Shown here: piece by piece, positions 24,340 to 35,087 of the stretch | Layout of the letters: every line of letters starts with the position of its first letter | How positions within the stretch are numbered: position 1 is the stretch's first letter | Translations under genes and position numbers: made by a program | DNA from: a virus | Taxonomy: Duplodnaviria > Caudoviricetes | Length of the DNA stretch: 42,372 nt | Strand: one strand, 5' to 3' | IMG/VR virus record: IMGVR_UViG_3300022742_000089 | Span: 1-42,372 of that record | Notes under the pieces: model-generated | Database searches by the model: none | Seen by the model: the letters and a program-made list of their open reading frames with translations, nothing else | What the model was told of the DNA's origin: nothing

Positions 24340-26236
24340 CAGCCTGACTTTGGACATGCCGATGCAGACGCGCGCGGCAGCTGTCCAGACGGTGGACGAA
24401 GCCGCGCGCACCATCGAGCTTGTGTGGTCGACGGGCGCCGCGGTCCCCCGCGTCAACTACCGCACCGGGGAGCGCTTCATGGAAGTGCTGTCCCTCGATC
24501 CGGAACACTGCGACCTCACCCGCCTCAATAACGGCGCCCCGGTCCTGAACACCCACGGCCAATACGACCTGTCGCAGGTCATGGGCGTGGTGGAGCGCGC
24601 CGCGATCGACGGCACGCAGGGAACGGCCACGGTCCGCTTTTCGGATCGGCCCGACGTCGAGCCGTATTGGAGCGACATCAAGAACAGCATCATCCGGAAC
24701 GTGTCTGTCGGCTACGCGGTCCGGAAGTACGAGGTGACGCATGAAGAAGGCGCGATGCCAACTTACCGCGCCATCGACTGGATGCCGATGGAGCTTTCCA
24801 TGGTGCCGATTGGAGCTGATGCCGGCGCCGGCACCCGTTCCGCCGAACCGTCCACCACCCCCTGCCAGATCATCAACCGGGCGTCGCCCGCCAACAAGGA
24901 GAGTGCCACCATGCCGGACAGCGTCCAGCACCAGCCGGGCAGCGAACTGCCAGCCGGTCAGAACCGTTCCGCCGATGCCGGCGCCGTGACCGCCGCCGTC
25001 ACGGCCGAGCGCGCCCGCATCGCCCATGTCAACGACGTGGCGCAGCGTCACGCGCTGGGGGCCGAGTTCATCCGCGCCCATGTCGATGGCGGCACCAGCA
25101 TCGAGGAGGTCAACGCCGCTGCCCTGACCGCCCTTGCCGCCCGGTCGGAGCAGTCCCCCTCCTCCTCGATCCGCGTCGGCGTCTCCCATGACGACCCGGA
25201 GGCTGTCCGTTCGGCCATGGCGGATGCCATCGTCGCCCGCGCCACCTACACCGCCCCGGAGAACGACCGGGCAAGACAGTATGTTCACGTCTCGCTTCTG
25301 GATATGGCGAGGAGCCTGTGCGGCATCCGGTCACACAACCCGGACGAGGTTCTCCGTCGTGCCATGCACAGCACGTCGGACTTTCCTCTGCTGCTGGAGG
25401 CTGCGGCCAACAAGGTGCTGCTGCGCACCTACCAGGCCGCAACGCCGACTTATCGCAGCGTCGCCCGGCGGCGTGACTTCACCGACTTCAAGCCGACCAA
25501 GTTCCTGCAGGCCGGCGATTTCCCCCAGCTCCTCGAATACACCGAGTCGGGTGAGATTAAGGACGGCACCATCTCCGAGGGGCGGGAGACGGTCATGCTG
25601 TCGAGCTTCGGACGCGTCATCAACATCAGCCGCCGGGTGTTCGTCAACGACGACCTGGGCGCCTTCAACGATGTCATCGGCATGGCGTCGCGCCGGGTCG
25701 CCGATTTCGAGAACGCCACCTTCTATGCCATGATGCTGAAGAATAGTGGCGCCGGCCCGACCCTGTCGGACAGCAAGGCGGTGTTCCACGCGAGCCACAG
25801 CAACCTTGCGGCATCGGGCGGCGCCATCGGTGTCTCGACCGTGAGCGACGGCCGGTCCGCCATCCGTAAGCAGACCAGCCTCGATGGCGTTAGGCTGAAT
25901 CTCGCCCCCTCCATGATCGTCTGCGGCCCGGACAAGGAGACGGAAGCCGAGCAGCTGATTGCTGCGATCCAGCCGCAGCAGCCCGGCAACGTCAATCCTT
26001 TCTCCGGCCGGCTGTCCGTCGTGGCGGACGCCAACATCACCGGAAACCAGTGGTGGCTGTTCGCCGATCCGGCGGTCGCCGAGGTGTTCGTCTATGGCTA
26101 TCTGGCGGGCAATCCCGGCCCCCGCTTCATGACCGAAGAGGGCTTCCGCACCGACGGCGTGGCGCTGCGCGTCACCCTGGATTTCGGCTGCGGCGCGGTC
26201 GATTACCGCGGCGGCTACCGCAACCCCGGCAACTGA
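24332..26236 (+). CDS. Prohead protease-major capsid fusion protein
   Basis: N-terminal protease (APVLNTH, RNVSVGY, ELSMVPIGAD), linker, then capsid domain (HSTSDFP.LL, FGR...ISR....NDDLGAF, DFG..AVDYRG). Confidence 0.92.
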   Translation: MPDSLTLDMPMQTRAAAVQTVDEAARTIELVWSTGAAVPRVNYRTGERFMEVLSLDPEHCDLTRLNNGAPVLNTHGQYDLSQVMGVVERAAIDGTQGTATVRFSDRPDVEPYWSDIKNSIIRNVSVGYAVRKYEVTHEEGAMPTYRAIDWMPMELSMVPIGADAGAGTRSAEPSTTPCQIINRASPANKESATMPDSVQHQPGSELPAGQNRSADAGAVTAAVTAERARIAHVNDVAQRHALGAEFIRAHVDGGTSIEEVNAAALTALAARSEQSPSSSIRVGVSHDDPEAVRSAMADAIVARATYTAPENDRARQYVHVSLLDMARSLCGIRSHNPDEVLRRAMHSTSDFPLLLEAAANKVLLRTYQAATPTYRSVARRRDFTDFKPTKFLQAGDFPQLLEYTESGEIKDGTISEGRETVMLSSFGRVINISRRVFVNDDLGAFNDVIGMASRRVADFENATFYAMMLKNSGAGPTLSDSKAVFHASHSNLAASGGAIGVSTVSDGRSAIRKQTSLDGVRLNLAPSMIVCGPDKETEAEQLIAAIQPQQPGNVNPFSGRLSVVADANITGNQWWLFADPAVAEVFVYGYLAGNPGPRFMTEEGFRTDGVALRVTLDFGCGAVDYRGGYRNPGN

Positions 26237-26306
26237 TTCCCCACCCCGATAACGACGGCATGAGGGCGCCCGCTGCGGCGCCTTCGCCGTTTCTGGAGAT
26301 CACGCG

Positions 26307-26636
26307 ATGAAGAACTTCGTTCAGCCCGGCAAGACGGTGACCGTCGCCGCCCCCTACGACGTCGCCAGTGGCGCCGGCTGTCTGGTCGGCTCCCTGTTCG
26401 GCGTCGCCACCATAGACGCCGTCAGCGGCGCCAACGTCGATATCACGACCTGCGGCGTCTACACCCTGCCCAAGACCAGCGCGCAGGCCTGGACCGTCGG
26501 CGCCAAGGTCTATTGGGACGACACCAACAAGGTGGCCACCACCACGGCGACCAGCAACACGCTGATCGGCTGCGCCATGGCTGTTGCGGCCAACCCGTCC
26601 GCCACCGGCGACGTTCGCCTGAACGGCACGGTCTGA
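26307..26636 (+). CDS. DUF2190-family capsid cement/decoration protein
   Basis: MKNFVQPG, GV..LPK, GAKVYWD, LIG.A, VRLNG. Confidence 0.88.
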   Translation: MKNFVQPGKTVTVAAPYDVASGAGCLVGSLFGVATIDAVSGANVDITTCGVYTLPKTSAQAWTVGAKVYWDDTNKVATTTATSNTLIGCAMAVAANPSATGDVRLNGTV

Positions 26637-26638
26637 CC

Positions 26639-26950
26639 GTGAGCGTCTTTGACGCCATGTTCGGCGTCCTGTTCGCTGACCCGAACATGGCGTCGGACGC
26701 CACATACACCGCCCCCGGTTCCGGCGGCACACCCATTGCTTGCCGCGCCGTCTTCCGCCAGCCCGACACGGAATGGCGCGGGGATGGCGTCGAGGTGACA
26801 ACGCCTAGCCGGATTGCAGAGGTGCGGGTCTCGGAAGTCCCGGTGATGAAGGAGGCGGGAACGCTCGCCATCGACGGGAAAACCTACACCATCCAGCATG
26901 CCAGCCGGCGGGATGCCGACCGCATGCTCTGGCGCCTGGAGTTGCGCTAA
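26639..26950 (+). CDS. Head-tail joining protein
   Basis: GTG start at 26639; LFADPNMA.DA.Y, EVR.SEV, RD..R..W.L; position after the cement gene. Confidence 0.75.
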   Translation: MSVFDAMFGVLFADPNMASDATYTAPGSGGTPIACRAVFRQPDTEWRGDGVEVTTPSRIAEVRVSEVPVMKEAGTLAIDGKTYTIQHASRRDADRMLWRLELR

Positions 26951-27429
26951 TGCCCATCGCGGTCCGCGAACAGGTCATTTCCGCCTTCCTGGCGGTGCTT
27001 GGCACCGTCACTGCGGAGAACGTCCCCGGCACGATCAAGGTCTATCGGGCGCGGCGCAAGCCCTTGTCCAGCGATGACGATGAAGACCAGTTGCCGGCCC
27101 TGGTGCTGCGATCCGCTCCGGCTGGAGCTGAACAGACCAGCGCCGCGGTGACCCGCAATATCGAGCGGATCACTGTCACCGCCGTGCTGAAGGCCGACAC
27201 CGACGAAGGGCTGGACCAAGCCCTTGCCGATATGTGGGCGGCCATGCAACGCGCCGTCGAAGCCGATCCGACGCTTGGGGGCGTCGCGGTGGACGTGAAC
27301 CTTGCTGACGCCGACCAGAGCGCGGCCGACGGCGACGGCGACGGCATCGGCGGGGTGGGTGACGTCTTCGCCGCCTATGACGTCGAGTATTGGACCCGGC
27401 CGGGCGACCCCTACGCCTTCGCCCCCTGA
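26950..27429 (+). CDS. Tail terminator-like protein
   Basis: REQVI.A, ADPTLGG, EYWTR..DP; acidic; position. Confidence 0.7.
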   Translation: MPIAVREQVISAFLAVLGTVTAENVPGTIKVYRARRKPLSSDDDEDQLPALVLRSAPAGAEQTSAAVTRNIERITVTAVLKADTDEGLDQALADMWAAMQRAVEADPTLGGVAVDVNLADADQSAADGDGDGIGGVGDVFAAYDVEYWTRPGDPYAFAP

Positions 27430-27453
27430 CCCTTCAACCTGGAGACCATCCCC

Positions 27454-27669
27454 ATGACCATCCCGTCCCACCGGGCGGCGGCGGAGGTGCCGACGCCTGC
27501 CCACACCTTTGAGCTTCGCGACGGCGAACTCATCAATCTGACGGAGGCGGAGGAGGCCGCGCGCAAGGCTGCCGCTGAAGCGCCCGAGCCCGTCGCGGCG
27601 CCTGTCGCCAAGCCCCGCCGCCCCGTCAGCGACGCGTTCGCCGGCGGCGCCCCGTCGGCCGACCAGTAA
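27454..27669 (+). CDS. Small hypothetical protein
   Basis: GGAG RBS; Ala/Pro-rich, 71 aa; precedes the tail tube gene. Confidence 0.55.
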   Translation: MTIPSHRAAAEVPTPAHTFELRDGELINLTEAEEAARKAAAEAPEPVAAPVAKPRRPVSDAFAGGAPSADQ

Positions 27670-27681
27670 GGAGCTGCCCCC

Positions 27682-28836
27682 ATGGCAATGAACAACCGTT
27701 ACGCCGCCCTACTGGCGAAGATCGAGACCACGGAAGGCGTCGACGCCTCCCCGGTTGCCGGCACCGATGCGGTGCTGGTCGAGAACCCACAAATCAGCTT
27801 CAATCCGAACATCGTCCAGACCAGCGAAGTGACGGGCAGCCTGGACGGGCGCGGGCCGATCACCGGCGGCATGACGGTGCAGATTACCTGTGACGTCTAC
27901 CTGAAGGGTTCCGGGGCTGCCGCTACCGCTCCGGAGTGGGGCAAGCTGCTGAAGGCCTGCGGCTGGGCAGAGACGATCACCAGCACGGCGGTTCCTGCGT
28001 CTGCCGAAGCTGCCACCGCCGGCACCACCACGACGCTGACGCTCGGGTCCAGCGCCAGCAGCACGGCGCAAACCTACCGCGGAATGCCGCTGCTGCTGAC
28101 CGGCAACCCGGCGGCCGGCGCCACGTCTTTCGTGTCGGACTACACCGCCGGCAAGGTGGCCACGCTGGCTGACACGTTCGGCACGGCGCTGTCGACCGGG
28201 ACCAGCTATCAGGTTCCGGTGAACGTGCTTTACAAGCCCGCCTCCACCTCCATTCCGTCGCTGACCCTGTACCTCTACAAGGACGGATTGCTCTACAAGG
28301 TGGTTGGCGCCCGCGGCAACGCGACCATGCGACTGACCAGCGGCAACGCCGGCCGGTTCAGCTTCACCTTCACCGGTATGTTCGTCAGCAAGACGGATGC
28401 CAGCGTGCCGACCGGGCTTGTCTATGACACCACCCGTCCGCCGATCTGGAAAGGCGGCAAGGCGCTGGTCAATCGCGTGGCGTCGGCCATGTCGTCGCTG
28501 TCCGTCGAGTTCGGCAACAGCCTGACCAACCCGGACAACCCCAACTCGGCCGAAGGCTACGACCCCTCCATCATTACGGCCCGCAACATGACAGGTTCGT
28601 GTGATCCCCTGGAGGTGCTGGTCGCCACCCGCGACAGCATGGCCGCCTTCCGCGCCGGCACAGCGCAGATTATCCATGCGTCCTACGGTATCGCCGTCGG
28701 AAACCGCGTGGGCCTGACCCTCCCGGCGGCGCAGTACACCAACTTGCAGCCGGGCGACCGCAACGGGTTGATGACCCTGACCCATCAGTTCTCCTGCAAC
28801 GGTCAGGACGCGGGCGGCTTCATCTGCCTCTACTGA
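27682..28836 (+). CDS. Major tail tube protein
   Basis: LLAKIETTEG.D, P.WG.LL.ACG, GARG, FTFTG; AAGGAG RBS; position. Confidence 0.8.
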   Translation: MAMNNRYAALLAKIETTEGVDASPVAGTDAVLVENPQISFNPNIVQTSEVTGSLDGRGPITGGMTVQITCDVYLKGSGAAATAPEWGKLLKACGWAETITSTAVPASAEAATAGTTTTLTLGSSASSTAQTYRGMPLLLTGNPAAGATSFVSDYTAGKVATLADTFGTALSTGTSYQVPVNVLYKPASTSIPSLTLYLYKDGLLYKVVGARGNATMRLTSGNAGRFSFTFTGMFVSKTDASVPTGLVYDTTRPPIWKGGKALVNRVASAMSSLSVEFGNSLTNPDNPNSAEGYDPSIITARNMTGSCDPLEVLVATRDSMAAFRAGTAQIIHASYGIAVGNRVGLTLPAAQYTNLQPGDRNGLMTLTHQFSCNGQDAGGFICLY

Positions 28837-28958
28837 CTCCGCGACCCCGGCGGCAACCGGGCAACCAGTCGGCGACGGCCGACGGGGCGATTTCGTGCGC
28901 CTGACGCGGGTGGTGTTGCCGGCGCCACCCGCCCCCTTCCCGGCAGAGGACCCCCTCC

Positions 28959-29952
28959 ATGCTCCCCATTTCGTCCAAGGACATCGTCCACTTCACCCCG
29001 CGGCTGGACTTCCTGGCCCATCTGCGTGACCTCCAGGAAAACGCGCGGGATGCCAAAACGAAGAATGGGCTACAGGCGACGATTGACCTCGTTCAAGCCG
29101 GGATCGACGCGGCGCCGCAGCCGGTCTACCGCCTCGCTGTGCCGAGCCACCTCCAGCGCGCCGCATTCCGCCGCGACCTTCTGGCGACCGGCGCCACCTA
29201 TGCAGGCGACAAGGCGCTCTATGCCGCTTTGCGCGCCGATATCGAGGCCATTTCTCCCGACAATCTGGCGGAGGCGCTGGAGATCATCGACGCCGTTGAG
29301 GCGGTCGGAAATCCGGCCGACGCGGATCCGGAACTGCGCGACCGCTATACGGAAATCGCCCGCATCGCCCGCGGGCTTGGCGGGCGCTATGCCGGAGTGG
29401 AAGGCGACTTTGAATATTACCTTTCGGTCGCTCCCTTCATCGCCTGCCGTCACTTCCTGATGGGATGGGAGGGCGTGAAGGACGCCGCCGGCACCGATGC
29501 GCCGTTCATCCGCCGGGCCAATCTGACCACGGACGAGACGCTTGGCCATCTGGACGAAAACGAGCTGCGGGCGGTCGGGTTCAAAATCCTCAACCTGATG
29601 CAGCCGACCAAGGCCATGGAAAAAACTCCGTATCGCCGTCGCGGTCAGCCTCCAGCCGGACGCTTTCCCCGACGGCGAAGAAGCGCCCGACGGCTCGGCG
29701 TGGGAAATCTTCGGCGAACGGTACGAGCGCAACCCCCGCCTGAACCTGTCCGACGGGGACCTTGAAATGGTGCGCTACTGGCGCGCCTACCGGCCCCATC
29801 CCGGACGCATCGGCGGTATGGCCGCCGGCATCATCCCCGCCACCGGGCACCTTCCGGAGTCCGGTGGCTACGGCGACCAAGCCGCGATCATGCTCGACGC
29901 CTTCGAGATCATGAGCGGGGCGGAAGCCGAACTCCTCGCAATGGAACGCTGA
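28959..29952 (+). CDS. Tail assembly chaperone pair (gpG/gpGT-like) joined by a frameshift at about 29620-29626
   Basis: gpG-like ORF 28959-29765. A second frame is open from 29599 to 29952 (KLRIAVAV...GHLPESGGYGDQAAIMLDAF). An A6C run sits at the junction. Confidence 0.7.
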
Positions 29953-29954
29953 TG

Positions 29955-30030
29955 CGTAGGCCGCCGGTCACTATGCCGGCGGTCTACGTACGCACGTAGC
30001 TACGTCCTGGTTTTGACCTGGATCAAAACC
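29955..30030. promoter_or_regulatory. Inverted-repeat cluster including an FNR/FixK-like box
   Basis: 13-bp stem 29955-29967/29976-29988; CTACGT/ACGTAG repeats at 29984-30005; GGTTTTGA-N6-TCAAAACC (30009-30030) containing TTGAC-N4-ATCAA. Confidence 0.45.
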
Positions 30031-30059
30031 GCCATTCCCATCGAAACCGGAGCATGCCC

Positions 30060-33000
30060 ATGGCTGGCCGCAACGTCACCGCTCGCTTTGCTGTAGAGGC
30101 CGACGTCGCGCAGGCGAAGCGCGACCTTGAAGCGGTGACGCAGCAGATCGACCAGCTCGGCAAAACCCGCGTCGACGGCGCCCGGCAGGAATTGGAGCAA
30201 CTGAACGCCACCACGTCCAAACTGGCGGCCGGCTATACCGCCCTGTCGGAGGACCAGCGCAAGGCCTACCAGCAGCGCGAACAGGACGCACAGCAGGTCG
30301 ACAAGCTCCGCCGCACCTACAAGACGCTGGAGGGTGCGCTTGAGACGCTGGACGTCCAGGTCAAGAACGGCTGGCGGTCGATGGAGGAGGCCGCCCGGCT
30401 GCAGCCGCAGCTTGCCGCCGCCTATACCCGGACCGGACAGGCCACGCGCCAAGCCGGAGCGGACCTACAGGCGGGCGCCGCTGCAACGAAGATGGCGGCG
30501 GCGGCACAGGATGCGGCGGGGGAAAGCGCCGGCCGGCTGCGCGGCGTGATGGGCAATCTCGGTTATCAGATCCAGGACGTCGCCGTTCAGGCGCAGATGG
30601 GAACGAATGCTTTCGTCATCATGGCGCAGCAGGGGCCGCAAATTGCGAGCGCCTTCGGCCCGGCCGGTGCGGCAATCGGCGCAGTAATCGCCATTTCGGC
30701 GGTAGCGGCAGGGGTTGTTTTCGGGCTTGGGAAAAGTGCGGAGACGGCGGAAACCGCTTTCACCTCCTATGCAAAGGCGCTCGGATTTGCGGCGTCGGCA
30801 TCTGATAAGACGCGGACCGCTTCCGAAGGTGCGAAGGCTGCCCTTGACGCGGAAGCGCGCTCTACGACCGCCGCCGCAGAGGCGCGCCTTGCGAAGGCGC
30901 AAACGGAGCTGAAGGCGCTTGAAGCCGCGATGACCATGTCAGCGTCGGGCGATGCAAGCGCGAATGCCGGCGCGGCGCTCACCTACCTTTTCAAGTCCAG
31001 CGACGTCAAGGAACTCGCGCAAGAGGTGCTGATCCTCCGTGCGGCACTTGGACAGTATGCGGACGGCGCCCGCGATGCGGCAATCCAGACCGAGAATGGC
31101 GCCGGCAAATTGCGCGACGCCAGAAACGCAATCGAGGACTACCGCGCAGGTCTGCGTCAACAGATCGTTGAGCTAGGCGTTGAGGTATCGACTTTCGGTG
31201 CGTCGGTAGAAGCGAAGTTGCGCGCCAAGCTGGAGATGGAAGCGCTCACCAAGGCGCACGCCGCCGGCCGGACCGAGATCGACGCCGGCACCCGCGCGCT
31301 GATCGGACAAGTTGTCGCCCTACAGAGCCAAGTCGATCATTTGGACGCCTCGAAAAGGGCGATGGAGGAAGCCGCCAAGGCCGCCACCATCCTTGCCACC
31401 GCACAGGCGCGGGCCGGTGCGTCGCTTTTCACCACAGAGGCAAATCTTGACGCCAAGATCGCGGCCCTGAAGGGCGGTGAGGAGGCGATGAAGGCCTATG
31501 CCGCCGAACAGGTCCGGTCTGCGGCCCGGTCGAAAGCCTATGATGACGCCATCAAATCCGGTCTTTCGCCCCTCGACGCCACCGCGGAGGCTAACCGCGT
31601 TGCCACCAAGGCGGCGGAGGCCTATCGGCTGGAGTTGGAGCGCACCGAGAAACTAAGGGCTGGCAGCAAAGCTGAGACGCAAGCGGAGCGGGACGCCAAG
31701 GCGCATGAAAAGACCATCGAACAGGCCGACAAATACATAGACCGGCTGAAGGGCGAAACAGACGCGCTTGGACTATCCGAGCGGGAGCGTTTCGTCGCCA
31801 ACAAGGCGATGGAGTTTGAGCTACAGAACCGCGGCAAACTGTCCGGCTCCGAAATGGATACCTATCTCGCCAAGGTGAAGGAGGAGGCCGGCGCGCTCTA
31901 TGACAGCACGGAAGCCCGCAAAGCAAAGGCCAAGGCGGAGGAGGAGTCTGTCCGCGCGCTGGAGAAATACCAGCAGGACGTCACCCGTGTGGCAACCGAT
32001 ATCGGCAAGGATATCTCTGAAAACCTGTGGGACCAGATCACCGGCGAGGCCAAGGCCGGTGACGCGCTCCAGTTCTTCAAGAATTGGGCAAAGCGTCTTG
32101 CGGTGGAGATGCTGAACCAAACCATCGTCCTGCCGGTCACGATGCAGATCGTCGGCTCCATGCCGTCGCTGTTCGGTATCCAGGCGCCGGCCGGGGCGGC
32201 GGCTAATCAGAATGGCGGCATGAGCGGATTGGCCGGCAAAGGCCTGTCGCTCGGGTCCAAGCTCATCCCAACCGACGGGCTAATGTCGTCCGTCGACCGG
32301 TGGGGCTATTCGGCCCTGGGCATTGGCTCTCAATCGTCCCTGTTGGCTGGGCAGACCGTGCTTGCTCCGTCTGCTGAAGTCCTTGCATCTCAAACCGCCA
32401 TGCTCCAGGCCGCAAACCCCGGATTGGCTGTCACGGCTGCCCCGACCGTAACGGCTGGGTCATCTGGCGGCGCTGCCGGTGGCGTGGCTGCCGGAACGGG
32501 TCTGTCGGCCTATCTCGGGGCGGCGGCAGCCGGCGGTGTTGGCGGCATGCTTGGCGGCTACCTGGGCACGGCGACCAACTCCAAGGCGGTTGGCGGCCTC
32601 TCCGGCGCGGCTCTTGGCGGCGGTGCGGCCTATTTGGCATCGGCGATGGAGCTTGGTTCCATCGGCGGCCCGGTGGGTATAGCTATCGGCGCTATTGTCG
32701 GCGGTGTGCTGGGAATGCTCGGCACTCAGAAGGCCACCGTTGGCAAGACGGCGTCGGCTGACGTGACGATCAATGCCGGTGGGCGGTCGGCGACGTTCGG
32801 CAACGTCCAGACCGATAACGAAGGCGATCCTGCGGCGGGCAAGGCTCTAGGCACCGCTCTGTCCGGCATCTTCAGCATCGCGGCCATGGGCGGCGGCTCT
32901 CTCGCCAAGAACTTCGGTATCGGCCAGACGGAGGCCAAGGGTCTCTACGTCGGCGGCTCTGTCCCTTACCGCGAGTTCGGCAAAGGTGACAACGCCATCG

Positions 33001-35072
33001 GCGATGCTCTCCGGTACATGCTGTTGGACCAGGGCGGATTGCAGGGCGGCGGGGCGAATACCATCGCCGCGTTGAAGGCGACCAAGGCGAAGGATTGGGA
33101 AGAGGCGACAAAAGATATTGCTCTTGGTGCCTCTATCGATGCCGGGACTACCGCCCTGGCTGCCCTGGATAAGTCGCTGAACAGCTTCACCAAGTCCGCC
33201 AAAGAGACCACGGCGGAAGCCATGAAGCCTATGTTTGAGGAGATGGAGCGGGCCAAAAAGCTGGGCCTAGACGGGGCTTATAAGGCACTCGCCACTGACC
33301 AGCTTAAGGCGGCACTTGACCAGATTAGAAACCCGGTTGATTACACGCAGCGCGAACAGCAAATGGCGGCGCTGACCGGGCAGTTCACGGCAATCCGGGA
33401 CGCGGTGGCGCAGCTCAACCCCGAGATGGCCGCCTATGTGGACCAGATCGAGGCGGAGACCCGCGCGCGGATCAAGGCACAGACCGCGCAGGAAGCCACC
33501 GTCATGCTGAACGAGGCGATGGGGCGGGGCTATCTGAACCAGATCGAGGATCTGCAGAAGGCTCGCGACATCAACGCCCGCAACTTGGCCGCGGTGGGGC
33601 TGGACGTCTCGACGGCCGGTGACATCTTCAACGCCTCCCTCACCAGCCTGTTGAGGGGCTTGGACGATGCGTCGCTGTCCGTGGTCGCACAGTCCTTTAC
33701 GGGCGATATCTCCGCTCTGGCAACGACGCTCCGGAACGCCAGCAGTGCGGCTGTGTCGTTCGCCACCGATATTGCCGGCCGGGTTCAAACGGCGCTTGGC
33801 AATGACCGGGGCGCGTCGCTCATTGCTCTGGATGCACAGCAAGCGGCAGCGCTCGCCACTGCCCGCGCCAGCGGTTACGACACGACTACGCTTCAGCAGG
33901 TCCAGGCGACCGAGCGGGCTGCGCAGGCTTTCAAGTTGGCACAGTCTGACGTTTTGGCCGCCTATGATAAGCAGATTGCAGCACAGCAGGAGTATGTTGC
34001 ATCCCTCACCGACGGTGCGGTAAAACTGGCACAGTCGGCGCGTGAGTTTCGATCCGCCTACGATGCTTTGGCGCTCAACGACAATTCACCCCTGAACGCC
34101 AAAGACCGGCTGGATGAGGCGCGGCGGCAATTCGGAACCGCACTCACTACTTACCGAGACAGTGGGGCGACTGCCGAAGAGCGAGACGCGGCAAAGCAGA
34201 CCCTGCTGTCGCTCGGCCCCTCGCTTGTGCAACTCGCGAGGGGATTTTTCGGCTCAACCTCCACCACGGATTACGACCGGGTCCGGTCGGTGTTTTCGGA
34301 GCTTGGCGACGCCACCGCTCTTGGTGTGGACACTGCCGAACAGCAGCTTGCAACGGCAAACGCCACCCTGAAGGAGTTGCAACGCCAGCGGGCAGACGCC
34401 GCCGCGTTGGGAGCAAGGCAATACGGCGCACAGACCGAACTCAATAGTACCATGGCGCAGTCTCTTGTCATTTGGCAGGCGCAGCTTGCGGCGCTCCAGG
34501 CCAGTGCGGGAGGCTCGTCCAGCACGGCCCCGACCTACATAGACAGCCGATATGCGCGGTTGCAGGCCTTCACCAATGACCAGATAGAGCAAAACTTCGG
34601 CAATTTCAGCGACATCCGCGCCGCTCGGGCCGCTAACCCGGATTTCAATCTTGCCGAGTGGTTCCGGGGCGCCGGCATTGCTGAAGTGTTGGCGGGGACG
34701 CGCAAAATCCCCGGCTTTGCGGCCGGCACTCTTTCCACACCGCCGGGCGCGGTTTGGGTCGGAGAAAATGGGCCGGAGTTGCTGTGGCAAGGCGGCGCGG
34801 CGGCGGTCGCCTCATCCGTCGATAGTCTGCGCATCGCGCGGGCTTTTGAAGCGGCCAATGATCGCTGGTCGGGCAACGTCACTCCTATCCGATCCCCCTC
34901 CACCTCCTCGATCAACACGCGCGGCATTGAGCAACGTCTTGACCGCGCCGTTGCCGTCCTAGAGCGGGTGGTGGAGGCGATAGGCGCGGGCAATGAGGAA
35001 GCGGTCCCGGCCCTTAAGGCGCTGGTCAGGCAAGGCGCGCGGTCGCCTGTCCCGCTCGGTCGGCGTATGTAG
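30060..35072 (+). CDS. Tail tape measure protein
   Basis: About 1670 aa and Ala-rich; NLGYQIQDVAVQ...QQGPQ motif; C-terminal GFAAGT...VGENGPE; follows the chaperones. Alternative start at 30054. Confidence 0.92.
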   Translation: MAGRNVTARFAVEADVAQAKRDLEAVTQQIDQLGKTRVDGARQELEQLNATTSKLAAGYTALSEDQRKAYQQREQDAQQVDKLRRTYKTLEGALETLDVQVKNGWRSMEEAARLQPQLAAAYTRTGQATRQAGADLQAGAAATKMAAAAQDAAGESAGRLRGVMGNLGYQIQDVAVQAQMGTNAFVIMAQQGPQIASAFGPAGAAIGAVIAISAVAAGVVFGLGKSAETAETAFTSYAKALGFAASASDKTRTASEGAKAALDAEARSTTAAAEARLAKAQTELKALEAAMTMSASGDASANAGAALTYLFKSSDVKELAQEVLILRAALGQYADGARDAAIQTENGAGKLRDARNAIEDYRAGLRQQIVELGVEVSTFGASVEAKLRAKLEMEALTKAHAAGRTEIDAGTRALIGQVVALQSQVDHLDASKRAMEEAAKAATILATAQARAGASLFTTEANLDAKIAALKGGEEAMKAYAAEQVRSAARSKAYDDAIKSGLSPLDATAEANRVATKAAEAYRLELERTEKLRAGSKAETQAERDAKAHEKTIEQADKYIDRLKGETDALGLSERERFVANKAMEFELQNRGKLSGSEMDTYLAKVKEEAGALYDSTEARKAKAKAEEESVRALEKYQQDVTRVATDIGKDISENLWDQITGEAKAGDALQFFKNWAKRLAVEMLNQTIVLPVTMQIVGSMPSLFGIQAPAGAAANQNGGMSGLAGKGLSLGSKLIPTDGLMSSVDRWGYSALGIGSQSSLLAGQTVLAPSAEVLASQTAMLQAANPGLAVTAAPTVTAGSSGGAAGGVAAGTGLSAYLGAAAAGGVGGMLGGYLGTATNSKAVGGLSGAALGGGAAYLASAMELGSIGGPVGIAIGAIVGGVLGMLGTQKATVGKTASADVTINAGGRSATFGNVQTDNEGDPAAGKALGTALSGIFSIAAMGGGSLAKNFGIGQTEAKGLYVGGSVPYREFGKGDNAIGDALRYMLLDQGGLQGGGANTIAALKATKAKDWEEATKDIALGASIDAGTTALAALDKSLNSFTKSAKETTAEAMKPMFEEMERAKKLGLDGAYKALATDQLKAALDQIRNPVDYTQREQQMAALTGQFTAIRDAVAQLNPEMAAYVDQIEAETRARIKAQTAQEATVMLNEAMGRGYLNQIEDLQKARDINARNLAAVGLDVSTAGDIFNASLTSLLRGLDDASLSVVAQSFTGDISALATTLRNASSAAVSFATDIAGRVQTALGNDRGASLIALDAQQAAALATARASGYDTTTLQQVQATERAAQAFKLAQSDVLAAYDKQIAAQQEYVASLTDGAVKLAQSAREFRSAYDALALNDNSPLNAKDRLDEARRQFGTALTTYRDSGATAEERDAAKQTLLSLGPSLVQLARGFFGSTSTTDYDRVRSVFSELGDATALGVDTAEQQLATANATLKELQRQRADAAALGARQYGAQTELNSTMAQSLVIWQAQLAALQASAGGSSSTAPTYIDSRYARLQAFTNDQIEQNFGNFSDIRAARAANPDFNLAEWFRGAGIAEVLAGTRKIPGFAAGTLSTPPGAVWVGENGPELLWQGGAAAVASSVDSLRIARAFEAANDRWSGNVTPIRSPSTSSINTRGIEQRLDRAVAVLERVVEAIGAGNEEAVPALKALVRQGARSPVPLGRRM

Positions 35073-35087
35073 TTTACGAGGTTCCCC

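Noticed and set aside
26262-26285. GC hairpin after the capsid gene, and similar hairpins at 28837-28958
   Set aside because: Ordinary intercistronic stability or attenuation hairpins of late operons.
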